The notes beneath the pieces were generated by a model. It was given only the letters and a program-made list of their open reading frames with translations. It was not told the origin of the DNA and ran no database searches. A DNA stretch of 64,000 bases from Lama guanicoe (taxonomy: Eukaryota): NCBI GenBank assembly GCA_013239625.1, contig MU054187.1, positions 16,384,941 through 16,448,940 of the forward strand, written 5' to 3'. A program made the position numbers and the translations under genes. Positions 1 through 11,320 of the stretch are shown here, in pieces. Every line of letters starts with the position of its first letter. Position 1 is the first letter of the stretch.

Positions 1-589
1 TTTGTTTTTAATGCCTTGAGACATTAGTTGCCTACAGGCTCATCAAGGGAAGTGACTGGCTTTCCAGTTGCCTTTATATCTTTCCACAACACCCATCAGG
101 GCTGGTGCGACTACAGGGGTCTTATCTTTATACATCAACCTGGCTTACATATTTAGAGTGTTGGCTAAGAGAGCTGCCTGCTTCCCAGAACCGCAGTGCG
201 GGATTCCCCGGAAGCTTAAATCATTATCCATGAAGAAAATCACCTCCACTTTCCTCCTCATCCATTCCCTTCCTCCAGACTAGGAGCACTGGGCTCCCTG
301 CCGAGTTCTCAGCTGGAGGACCAGGTCTTGTGTAAGGGAATCTAACCTGACAGAAATTCTATGAAATTTCCACCAGAAATTCTTAAGCAGGTGACCCATC
401 AAGGGCGGAATTTTCTACAAGAGTCAGACCACTGCCTGATCTCACTCGGGACTGAGGGATTGGAGGGACCCCAAAGGAAAGCAAAACCCAAGTCCCTTGA
501 GGGAGCCTGAGGAATAGATTTATAAAGAACCTGAATGAAATTTCCTAGTCTCCTGAAGACTCTTTGAGTCACATTTAAAAATACCTGCA

Positions 590-736
590 CTCAATGAAAA
601 ATTAAATTAAATTAAAAAAAGAATGTGAATGTATGTATATTCATATGTGACTGGAAAATTGTGCTGTACACCAGAAATTGACACAACATTGTAAACTGAC
701 TATAACTCAATAAAGAAATTAAATTTAAAAATTTTT
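590..736 (+). mobile_element. 5'-truncated L1 3' UTR fragment with target-site duplication
   Basis: L1 3'-end motif (gtgctgtacaccagaaattgacacaacattgtaaactgactataactcaataaa) plus an A-rich tail. Flanked by the direct repeat AAAAATACCTGCA at 577-589 and 737-749, at a TT|AAAA endonuclease site. Confidence 0.85.
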
Positions 737-1424
737 AAAAATACCTGCAAAATAAGAATCTTGTACATAGGAAAAGTGATAAGTCTATTGATGAAAGAGT
801 ATATGGGAGAACATTTAAGGGAGAGATTCTCAGGGGAGAGATCATTATAATAAAAGTGGTCATACTTTTATTTGCATTGCACAGTATTACAATTGATATT
901 GTTTTGTATGTACATATAGAGATAAAGCTATATTTATACATACATGCCTTTTTTCACATAGAACTACTCTAGAGAGAATACTCGGAAGAAGAAATTTTCT
1001 AATAGCTTTGAATCCAAAGATTTTGTAAGATGTTTTAAAAGGACAAAGTAAGTATGTAGTAAAGGAAATAAAAAATGTTCTCCTTTAACGACACCCCTAT
1101 ATTTTATTTGAACAATGAAAGCATTAAAAAAAAAGGAGTCTAACATTCAAACTAAAGAATTCACTTGGTCTTCAGATTAAAAATGTATTTCTGGGTAGTA
1201 TGATAAGGTTTATTTCCAATTACTTTCATGCCACCCCCGTCATCTTCCCTCCCGTTGAATTCAGTAACTATTTTAGACCTTGAATGGGCTGTGGGGCTGG
1301 GTGCTCAGCTGCTGCACAGGTCTGAATGAAGACAAGGTAGCAATCCTTTAATTTATAGTAAACATCTTGTCACCGAAGATGAGGTTGGAAGGGGAAGAGT
1401 GGGTTTTCAAAAAGTGTTTTTTTC

Positions 1425-2066
1425 TCTAATTTGAAAAGATACATGCACCCCAGTGTTCACAGCAGCATTATTTACAATAGCCAAGACATGGAAGCAACCT
1501 AAATGTCCATTGACAGATGACTGGATAAAGAAGGTATGGTGTATGTATATATATAATGGAATATTATTCAGCCATAAAAAGAATGAAATAATGCCATTTG
1601 CAACAACATGGATGGACCTGGAGATAATCATTCTAAGTGAAGTAAGACAGAAGGAGAAAGAAAAATACCATATGATATCCCTTATATGTGGAATCTAAAA
1701 AAAAAAAGACAGCAATAAATTTATTTACAAAGTAGAGACACCTCTCAGACGTAGAAAACGAACTTTACAGTTATCAGGAGGGAAAGGGGCTGGGGAAGGA
1801 TAAATTGGGAGTTTGGGATTTGTAGATACTAACTACTGTATACAAAACAGATAAACAACAGGGTACTACTGTACAGCACAGGGAACTATAGTCAATAACT
1901 GGAAATAGCTTATAATAAAAAAGAATATAAAAAGGAATATATATATAAATGTATAACTGAATCACTATGCTGTATACCAGAAATTAACACAACATTGTAA
2001 ATCGACTACACTTCAATAAAAAAACAAACCCAGATTAAGAAAATGCTTGTTAAAAAAAAAAAAAAA
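1425..2066 (+). mobile_element. 5'-truncated LINE-1: ORF2 C-terminus, 3' UTR and poly(A)
   Basis: ORF 1453-1698 reads MFTAALFTIAKTWKQPKCP...MPFATTWMDLEIIILSEVRQKEKEKYHMISLICGI*, a classic L1 ORF2 end with an internal frameshifted patch. It is followed by a typical 3' UTR, AATAAA and A-tracts. Confidence 0.95.
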
Positions 2067-4153
2067 GGTGCTTTTGCCCTAAGAGCTGCTTTTGCACGCA
2101 CTGCCACGCTAAGGTGAATATTTTGGGGTGGATACCTCATGCTAACCCTACTTTCACCATTTCATTAATTTGCCATCAGAAACAAACAAACATCCCTTTA
2201 AACGCTGTATCTTAAAGATTCTTTCAACTTCAAAATATAGAAGGGCTTTACCTGTTTTGCAGAGGAGTGGCGTCTTTGCTGACTAATAAGTACAGCGTTC
2301 ACACAGTGCTCCAGCTCAGCTCTTACATCTGGCACAAAAGGTTGCGCTATCTTTATGTATCAGTCTACCTATTTAAAAAAAAAAATAGAACATCCTTCCC
2401 ATTTTTCAAAATAGAACTTTCAAGCCAATGGCAGCAGTCCTTCATTGGAAGCTCTCCTGTATAGGGTACATCTGCTCAAAGAAGGTGTCACCTCAGCACA
2501 AGGACCTTACTATGTTTTTGTGGCCAAGAGCACCACGTGTCACAAGCCACATCAGAAACACGTTAGGTACCACTTTGTTGATTTAAAAATCAAATGTTAA
2601 GAGGGAAAATTAGCTTAAATTCAGCACTTCGTGTTTCTGAGTAGGTGAAATTAATTTAGGGGGGTGGGGAATGGGGGCTAAAAATATTTCCTAAAAACTT
2701 CCCCAATTTCTGGTTCTGATCATTTAAAAGAAGAGTATGGTGTGTGCATTAAACCCTTGATCAGGGAAACAGCAACATCGACGTTTGGGGTTGCTGTGGG
2801 AACGTCTCTTTTTTATTTCATAGAAGAGTAAATAGTCACATAAAGCATTCATTAATAGCCAGGAAACAAATCAGACTTCCTCCTAGGCAGCCTTAACTAA
2901 TGCACTCATCTTTGTTAGAGAAAGTTTTAATTGAGTGATATTTCAAAAATCAGCACAAACTTAAATGTATTTCTCTTTTCACTTAATCCTAATTTAGTAC
3001 TCAAATCCATCATGATGGTTCATTTAGATCAATATATTATAACTATTAAGAATTGAAATAAATCTTTCCCACATCTAAAAGTCTTCCTTTTTATTGTCTC
3101 ACTGAACTTTGTAAGTTTTTTTCTTTTGCTCTGGAACGTATCACGCAAGCTTAGGGTAACTGGAACAGTAAGAATATCCCTATAAGTGTATGCACACATG
3201 AAAAACATAAAGATAATATATAGCATCTATATGTATGTGCATATATTTTATATGTGTGTGTATATTAAAATGTTGTACATGAAATAGCTGTAAAGTAAGC
3301 TATTCTTCTCATAAACTATAATCCTTACCTCCATTAACTGATTTACTTTTTATTTTGAAATACTGTACAATTTTACAGAAAAGTTTCAAGAAAAGCACCT
3401 GGCTCTCATTAGCCTCCGCATATGCATTTGCTCCTGTAAATTCCCTGCCGGACACGCCAGCAGCACCCGAGGAACGCATCTTCAGCCCCACTCTCAGGGC
3501 AGTGGCCACACTGGCTGAATCCTTGAACCAGACCAAGGAGAAGCCAAAGGGAGAACATTAACTTTTCAATATCATTTGAATTTTATTGAGGAATGCCAGG
3601 AGCTTCCGGATGAGTCTTCTGCTTCGGGACAAGATTGTGCAATCTCCATTTCACACATTTCCTCTTTTCTGGTAAAGTTCTAAGAAAGAGTCCACATCAG
3701 AATTTCATACAGACTACCAACTCTACATTATTTTTTTCAAAAGAAGCAGTGTGAGGTTTGTGAAGTTTTAAATTTCATGACAAATTCTATTTCTAGTCTT
3801 CCTTCACAATCAGTAGCTGTAGCAAACACTGGGAGGAAAAAAAAATGAAGGAAAAAATGGAGAAATCAATCTTATCTCCTGCAATTACAGGAAATAAACT
3901 CTATGAAATATTCTGCTTTATTGGATTGGGTCTGAATCATCAAATGAAAGACGTTTTATCTATTTGGCTTATTCATAGAATGTGGTTTATTATATTATAG
4001 AGTAAACCGGAAGATACTGGGTGAGTCAGTTAACCACTTGCCAGTGTTCATTTAGTGAAAGACCACCTCTGTTGCTCTATGTGCTATCACAGACTCTCAG
4101 AAAAGAAAAATGCACTTTATAACAATTATCAATATTAGTCACAACTCCTCTTT

Positions 4154-4312
4154 CTTTTCTTTTTCTTTTTTTTTTTTTTGTATTTTTGTTGTTGTTGGGG
4201 GGTGTAATTGGGTTTATCTATTTATTTATTTTTAGAGGAGGTGCTGGGGATTGAATCCGGAACCTCATGCATGCTAAACATGCACTCCACCACTTGAGTT
4301 ATACCCTCCCCC
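4154..4312 (-). mobile_element. tRNA-derived SINE (camelid Vic-1-like)
   Basis: The minus strand reads GGGGGAGGGTATAACTCAAGTGGTGGAGTGCATG...GGATTCAATCCCCAGCACCTCC, with Pol III A- and B-box-like motifs and an A-rich tail. TSD CACAA(C/T)TCCTCTTT at 4140-4153 and 4313-4326. Family name is from recall. Confidence 0.85.
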
Positions 4313-4349
4313 CACAATTCCTCTTTTTGTTGTGCTAGGGACAGGTCTT

Positions 4350-4470
4350 CTGTAGAAAAATAAACGAAGTCAAGAATCTAGGAGGTAAATGATTTGCCTA
4401 ATGCCACAGAGAGGTTGAGCAGCAGAGGGGGATCAAGGTCTCCTGGCTCCTAGTCTGGTGCACACACCAG
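4350..4470 (-). mobile_element. MIR SINE remnant
   Basis: gaggtaaatgatttgcctaatgccacag...ggtctcctggctcctagtctggtgc resembles the reverse-complemented MIR core. Confidence 0.6.
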
Positions 4471-5291
4471 CGGAACACATTGCTCTCATCAATGCATGTA
4501 ATTGATAAGAGGTTCCCTATTCCCCTTTGCATACAGGAAGACATGCATTATACGCCTTTCTGGGTGAAAGAGGACTTTGAGCCCCAGGTTTGTTCCTTCC
4601 TCTACTACACCAGAAGGGCACATTTAAATTAAATAACACACCTCAGCATGCAAAGAAATCTGCCAAGAGTAAGGGGAAATGACTACCCAGCTTAACATTT
4701 TTTCTTGGATAGGGAAGAATGAAGGAGAGTGTTTAGCTTCTCAGAAATTGTATCCTAAGTGTAAGAAGCGATGTTTGTCCCCAAATAAAGTCATATGACA
4801 AACACATGTGCTTGTAAAACAGCCCACTTTAAACCATGTACTGAAGTGAAAAGAGAGTTGAAGATGTATTCTATTTGATGAGCCATATACAAATCGTAGT
4901 ATATGTTCACGACCTTATTAAATACGTGGCAGCCCCTTTGGAACAAACCAAACATGCTCACAAACTTCCTGAGCCTATTTTGGGAAACAGAACTGCTGGG
5001 CAAGTTATGCTTCAGGCCACAGACCAACCACAAGAGCCACAGGTATCGCTGGGTGGATGGATCCGGAAACTCATCACGCAGAGCCGGGGATAGTCCCAGG
5101 GGGCTGGGGGCAGATCAGTGAGCTGTGTCTCAAGGAATTACCATATTTGTCCATATCTGACACCTTTGAAAAATTGAAGCTATGAAAGTGACACTGCTTC
5201 TTTTTCGGTACCCTAATCTCACCTGTGGCTGAAGATTAGTTGTATAAAATTCTGCTGGGTGGGTGGAACAAAGGTGGGTGGGTCTACAGAT

Positions 5292-5317
<26 letters not shown>
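5292..5317. repeat. (AC)13 microsatellite
   Basis: Read directly from the sequence. Confidence 0.95.
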
Positions 5318-5322
<5 letters not shown>

Positions 5323-6065
5323 ATGCACATACTTTTAAATAGGATGTTAATTTGTGACCTGTATTATTAATGCCTTGGCATTTTTTAAAGATTCAGAGCA
5401 GATTTTCTCCAAGTGTCTGAGGAACTCTGGTACATGAATGTATTCTTGGGGATCCAAGCAGTCGCCTAATTTTTTTCAATGTTAGGTTTCCATTGCTCTG
5501 ATAACCTTTAAAAACTTAATACATTATATTCTGCATCATCTGGAGGATCCCAAACTGCCATTTGATTTGTGCTTACAAACAAATTGATGCCACATGGTAT
5601 TTCTAAAGGGAAAAGAAGAAATGGCTTTAATATATAAACCATGCCTTCACCCCCAAATGAAGGCCAAATGCTGTCATGATTTACTGTACAAAAGAAGTTT
5701 TCACAGCAGTTCCCAAAGGGCAAATTGGGGTGAACTGAATCATCACATAACACATGGTAATGCAGACCCAGCAGACCCTGCCACAGGGAAGGCTGTAAAG
5801 GCAGCTCTTTGTGCCAGGGTCTCTGGTTTCCACTCCCATAACATACTTGGAACACGCATCAAAGGTAGGGGAATCCAGAGATGGTCACCGTCAGCAGGCA
5901 TCTTGCACGACATGTTTTGCAGGAGCACATTTTTCACAGCCCACATTTTCATGTAATGGGAGCGTAACGGGAATCTCACCTGGAAGCTTAGGACAGAATT
6001 ACGGAACAGCAAATGTGGGCAGAAATAGCTAATCCGAAAGAAATATCCTTAATAGCAAGTCCTTG

Positions 6066-6080
6066 CTTTGTCATGCAAAT
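6066..6080 (+). promoter_or_regulatory. SOX-OCT composite motif
   Basis: CTTTGTC-ATGCAAAT: a SOX half-site directly abutting a perfect octamer. Confidence 0.6.
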
Positions 6081-9000
6081 TAGATCTCTCTCTTTAAAAA
6101 TTCAACGCGTAGCGATTATAGATGGAAAGGCTGAGAACTTTTGGAAGCATGTTTCCCATGCTGTTCTGCTCAATGAAGTTAGAGCACCTGTTGAAGGACA
6201 GGCTGCAAACACTGGTGAAACCTGGTCCCTGTCCTTCGGGTACTTACTAAAAGACAGGCACCCAAAGAAATAATTTCAGTATAATCGAGGTGCTATCTTC
6301 CAGCCGGATATAAAAGAAGGACCAGATAATCATGAACTAAGGCAGGCCCACGTGGCTGTGCATGAAAATGAGATGGAGAAGTGGAGTCACAGAATTTGAC
6401 GGATGAAAAGAAAAAAAAGATCAGCCCCAAACTCCACAACAGACACTGTTCTAATGAGAGGGGATTTGTCCTTCTGCTGAGCACCAACACACGCTGTTCG
6501 GTGTCACATTTCAGGCCACTGCATATACTCGGCACACTGTGCTTCGTTCAGAGTCTGAGCCTCATACAGTCTTCTTAACTCTCCTGCTGTTTTTCTTAGA
6601 AAGTCGCAAAGTACAAGTACACCAATCATTTTTTTTTCTTAAATAGTGACAAATAATTCCACCACTGTAGGTATTTCTACTTACCTCCAAGGGCATTGCA
6701 AAATCTTAAATCTGTTTTTCATTCTTTTCAGAATTAAAAATAGCATATTTAAAAATAAGATATTTGTATGGGAAATTATTTTTAATTCAAGGGACACCCT
6801 AGTATATCTTTAAAGGCGGGGGCAAAGAATGATGCCTTATCAAATTAGCCAAAGAATCAGAACAATTCAGATTAAAATTGTGCTAAACCTCCAAGAGCTA
6901 CGCGGTTTGGTGCTGATCTACAGCCCAGGCTGCCAGACGTACCTATAAGAAGTTGCATTTAAGTTTGTCATTCTCATTCAAGAACTAAGTGATGAAGGTT
7001 AACAAACTCGTCTGCCTCTCTTGCTTTGAGGTCAAGGCTACAGATCAGCCTGGAAAGCCAGAATCCAGTGGGTCCAAAGATTTCCTGGGAGTTTGGATTC
7101 TTACAGCTTTCAGCGGTAATCCTGCAGATCAGGGAAGAAGTTGCAGCACAAAAGTGAAAAGGTTGCAAGCTTCAAAGGGAATTCTTAGTAATGGGATCCT
7201 GAGCCAGAAGTACGCTAGAAATCTGACGAAGTTCTATAGCTCAGTGTCTGACATCAGGTTCAATAAATTGGAAACTGTGAACTTACTTGTTTTAGCAACC
7301 CTTCTCCTCAGCCCCACCCACAGTCATGGGATTCTATTGTAATTTAGACAGAGAGGATCCTGAAATAAAAATCCAGAGAAGATAAATGTGTAACATAAAA
7401 AGAGCAGTCTTAATTGCTGTTTATGTTAGTGTTGGGTAAGAATTCTGCCTTCCGGAAGGTTATCCAAACCTATTCTGGACCCTTGGAGAGTGTTCTGCTT
7501 TATTTATTGTCCTGTTGATATCGCCTGCCCTTCCCCAGTGTTCTTTGTGCTTAGGAAATATTTTGTGCGTGTCCTTTTTTTTTTTTTTTTAAACAGCATA
7601 GCTGCTGATTTCAGTGAAAAATGGATGGTGGGGTATTTTTATTCATGTATATAGCTTTCCTTTTCTTTTTGCATTCTTAAAAAATAAAACCTTGTAACTT
7701 CATTCCCCTAGGTAGTGATAGAAGTCAAGCAGAAATTATTTAAAGGAAAAAAAATGAGATTAATATTTTAGCTTGAATGTCAAAAGCAGAGGGAACGTGG
7801 GCAGTGTAAAAGGGTCATGAATTCACAGGCAATATTCTCTGTAGTGTTTCATCTTCTATATAACTGGGGGAAAAAGGGTTTAAAATCTACTTTTTAATTT
7901 GAAATAGATATGTAACTAAAACTGAATTGTTTTTAAAAAGTTAGAAATGATCCATTAGATCTTTTCACTTTCTCTGTCTTTTTACTCATCTCACCGCTTT
8001 CTAGAAATCTCATTCCATGAGCATGTTTTATTAATGATCTGTTAATAAGCATTCACTTAAAACATGACTGATTAAACAGTAGACCTGATTTTAAGTAAGT
8101 GTTCGGAAAATGTTTCATTTATTGAATTCACTGAGGTTTAAGTTCTCATTTGTATAGCTGGAGGGTAAATTACAGATACTTATGGTTGTTTTATCATTAT
8201 AATGAAAGCAGGACTCATATTTGCAACACTAATTAAAATTCTGCTCTGACCCATATAAATTCAGCCTCTCCCCCAAATAGATTATTTTCGGATCTTTATA
8301 TAAAAATTACCATATATGTGTGTGATAATGAAAGTATCTATCTTCAGTGTAACATAATCAAGGTTAAGAGAAAGTAAAAATTAAGTTCAGACTCTTTAAT
8401 ACTGCAGGGTACATTTTTAGTACCCTACAGAGAGAATTAGTCACACGACTCCCATTAACTTTAATGGAACTTGTATGGGCAAATTGTATGCTGAAACTCT
8501 TAGGAAGTTAAACGTCAGTAGAGTTTACTAGTTTCATTTTATCCTCTTTGGAACTTCAGTTTTGACTACCTTTACTTTCTAATGGTCTAGAGGGAAGACA
8601 TGCCAATAAAAATGATTAACATAAATGTTTTTCAAGTCGTATAAGCCCAAATTTTCTATACATTTGCCCATAAGTTAGAGATCTGAAAACAATGCTTCAA
8701 CGGAATCTGAGATTCAGTTAGCAAGTAATTCAACTAAATAAAGAACATAGTTTTTAGATATGGATATGAATATAATAATATTCTTTAAATGTGATTCTTG
8801 TAGCATTCTTTATCTCCTGGTGCTTATCCATTTTTTCACATTCCTATCTGCAATCACATTAGCAAAATCAAAAACTTAAAAAGTGTTTTCAGTATAATAA
8901 AAGTTGAAATTAAATACATTTGTATTACTCATTTAGGTGTTCGTATTTGAAATGAAATGCATTTAGATGCATTAATGCATCTTTATCTTATCTTTAATAA

Positions 9001-9784
9001 GATACTGATCTTATTAAAATATTAAAACTACATTTAGGCACTGATAAGAAAGAAACACACGAACAATTAAAAATTAAAGCAGCCTCATGAAGGGTAAAAG
9101 GAACTTAAATTTGTTTTTTACCACTATCAGCAATACCTGAATAATTGTGAGTTCAATCCCTGACTATGTGTAAAGTTATGATCAGTAAAAAAAAAAATCC
9201 ACTCAAAAGTGTTTGGTATGTTATTAAATTTACATTCGTCATCTAGAATACAAAAGGAGAAAAATGAAAATTCTTTTAATGTCAGCTCATACAAGATGTT
9301 CACAGCACTGTTAAACTTGGAAACAACTAGGTGTGTTTTAATTTTCTCTTTCCTCTATCCAATAGCTCTACTTGTATTTAGGATTTTCTAGAAATTCACC
9401 ATTTAAAACACTAACTTTCAAAAGTTTTAAAAAGAACTCTCAGTGTAAGCCTGTGAGACTCTTTCATTCTTCTTTATTTGGGTATCTAAATAACCAAAAC
9501 TGGCCTTATCAGACCTTAAACACACCAAAAAAAAAACCAAACCAAAAAACAAAACTCCAAAAAACAAGGTTGGTTTATCAGGAATAAAAAGCAGACATTA
9601 ATTAGAGCACTGATAATAAACACCATAAAAATTTCAGAAAAAAAAAGATTGATCAATACAATCTGTTACATAAGTGAAGTTACCTGTAAAAACGTTAGTT
9701 GCTTATCACACGAACCCTTGAACAAGTGCACCATCAATGACTGTTAGGGCTGCAAGAAACGTCAGCCATTTGGTCTACCCCAAC

Positions 9785-9885
9785 ATTTTAAAGGTGATGA
9801 AATTGGGCCTTCAAGAGGTCAAATGATCATCCTAAGGTCTCCCAGCTACCTAATTGTAAAGAAAACTAGAGTCTAAATCTCTTGT
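9785..9885 (-). mobile_element. MIR remnant
   Basis: cattttaaaggtgatgaaattgggcc...gaggtcaaatgatcatcctaaggtctcccagcta resembles the reverse-complemented MIR core. Confidence 0.6.
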
Positions 9886-9889
9886 TTTC

Positions 9890-10080
9890 TCATTCACTTA
9901 CTGAGTAGTTTTTTATTGAGCACCTACAATGGCCTGACACAGTTTTAGGAAATGCATTAAAGTGATGAACAAAACGTACAAGACCCTTGCCATCTTTGAT
10001 CTGATATTCTAAATGAGGAGATACAACAAAGAAGGAAATAAGTAAAGAACAAAGACAATTTTCAGGTTGTGGCTGATACG
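9890..10080 (-). mobile_element. L2 LINE 3' remnant
   Basis: cattcac...tttattgagcacctacaatggcctgacacagttttagg...gatgaacaaaac is the typical reverse-complemented L2 tail. Confidence 0.65.
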
Positions 10081-11124
10081 CAGAAAGACTCAGTGTGATT
10101 TCCACCAACTGCAAATGCAGCTATTTGATAGTATTTCCCAAGACTTTTGGTATCTTCTCTTCTCTCCTTGAAGTGAAAAGTAAAGAGAGATTGATCAGTA
10201 GATCTACCTTTCAAACATCTCATTGGTCAAGTTCCCTCAAAACACATCTACGAATTCATGAAACATATCAATATTTGCCTTGCTTCATTACATTCATAGT
10301 ATGTGCTTATGAGCTATCAAAGATGTTCACTTTCACTGGAGTTTTTTAATATCTGACTTTTGCAGTCTTTGGTCGTGTGAATTTGTCCTCAAGTCATAAG
10401 AGAAATTCAAAGACTGAAAACCTAAGACTAGATGGTAATAACAATTTCAGAAAATGTGTATAGTTAAAGATTCTCTTGCAGATCAAAATGGCCATCCCTC
10501 CACGGTTATTTCTCATTCTGTGTGATTTTTCTATGTAGAGAACAAAAGAGAGTTTGAAAGATGAGGTGGGGTGTGAATCTGGCTGCTTGTAATTCTGTGG
10601 AATTACACTGACTGTCTTGTCTTCAATGTCAGACAGTGAAACTGTTTCCCCTAACTAGCAAAAGGGACGCTCAGTGCTTTTGTCTTTCATTTTTTCTTAA
10701 TGCATAATTTATGTTTGGCCCATTTATTAATAACCATGAAGTGCTGTGCCTGGAAATCTGCTCACAGAAGAACAGAATATACAGAATCAAAATGAACATT
10801 TCATAAGGCAGATATTATTTTTACATTAAAAGAAAACTTGCCCCAGTTAATTCTTCCTGAGAATGTTGGATAAAATCCAAGAGAAATAATTATTCATGTA
10901 ACCATATTTATCAAATTAAACAAGAATTTCAACTATATCCTGATTACTGTTAAATCTCAAGGGAAATACACTTTTTTTATAATGATATGTTCTACCTAGG
11001 AGAGAAAGTATTTCAATAAAGCACCATTGCTTGAGTTCCTTCAAGGCAGAGAAACTTTATTACTCATCTTGCATGTATTTCCTCTGTCCAACATGAATGA
11101 CACATTATATTGTAGTGATAAAAT

Positions 11125-11320
11125 CTACAGTAGCTAATATTTATGAAATAATTGATCTCTGTGTGGTGACAATCTTGTAAGTTAATTGCTATTATCATTG
11201 CATGTTACCAATGAAGACAGATTAAATATTTTGCCCAATGCCACTCCGTTGATGAGAGGAAGAGCTAGGATTCAAACATTGAACTCTAGAACCCATCTTC
11301 TTAACCATTAATTCTACTAC
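11125..11320 (-). mobile_element. MIR remnant
   Basis: agctaatatttatg...attaaatattttgcccaatgccac...agagctaggattcaaac...cttaaccatt resembles MIR. Confidence 0.55.

Noticed and set aside
4240..4312. tRNA-like A/B boxes
   Set aside because: Head of a SINE with a tail and TSD, not a tRNA gene.
5508..6273. Cluster of 70-120-aa ORFs
   Set aside because: No recognisable homology, overlapping on both strands, and no convincing exon structure.
6679..6687. Perfect minus-strand donor GAG|GTAAGT (a similar one lies at ~3323-3331), as possible antisense lncRNA exons
   Set aside because: Isolated donors are common, and I could not pair them with a convincing acceptor.
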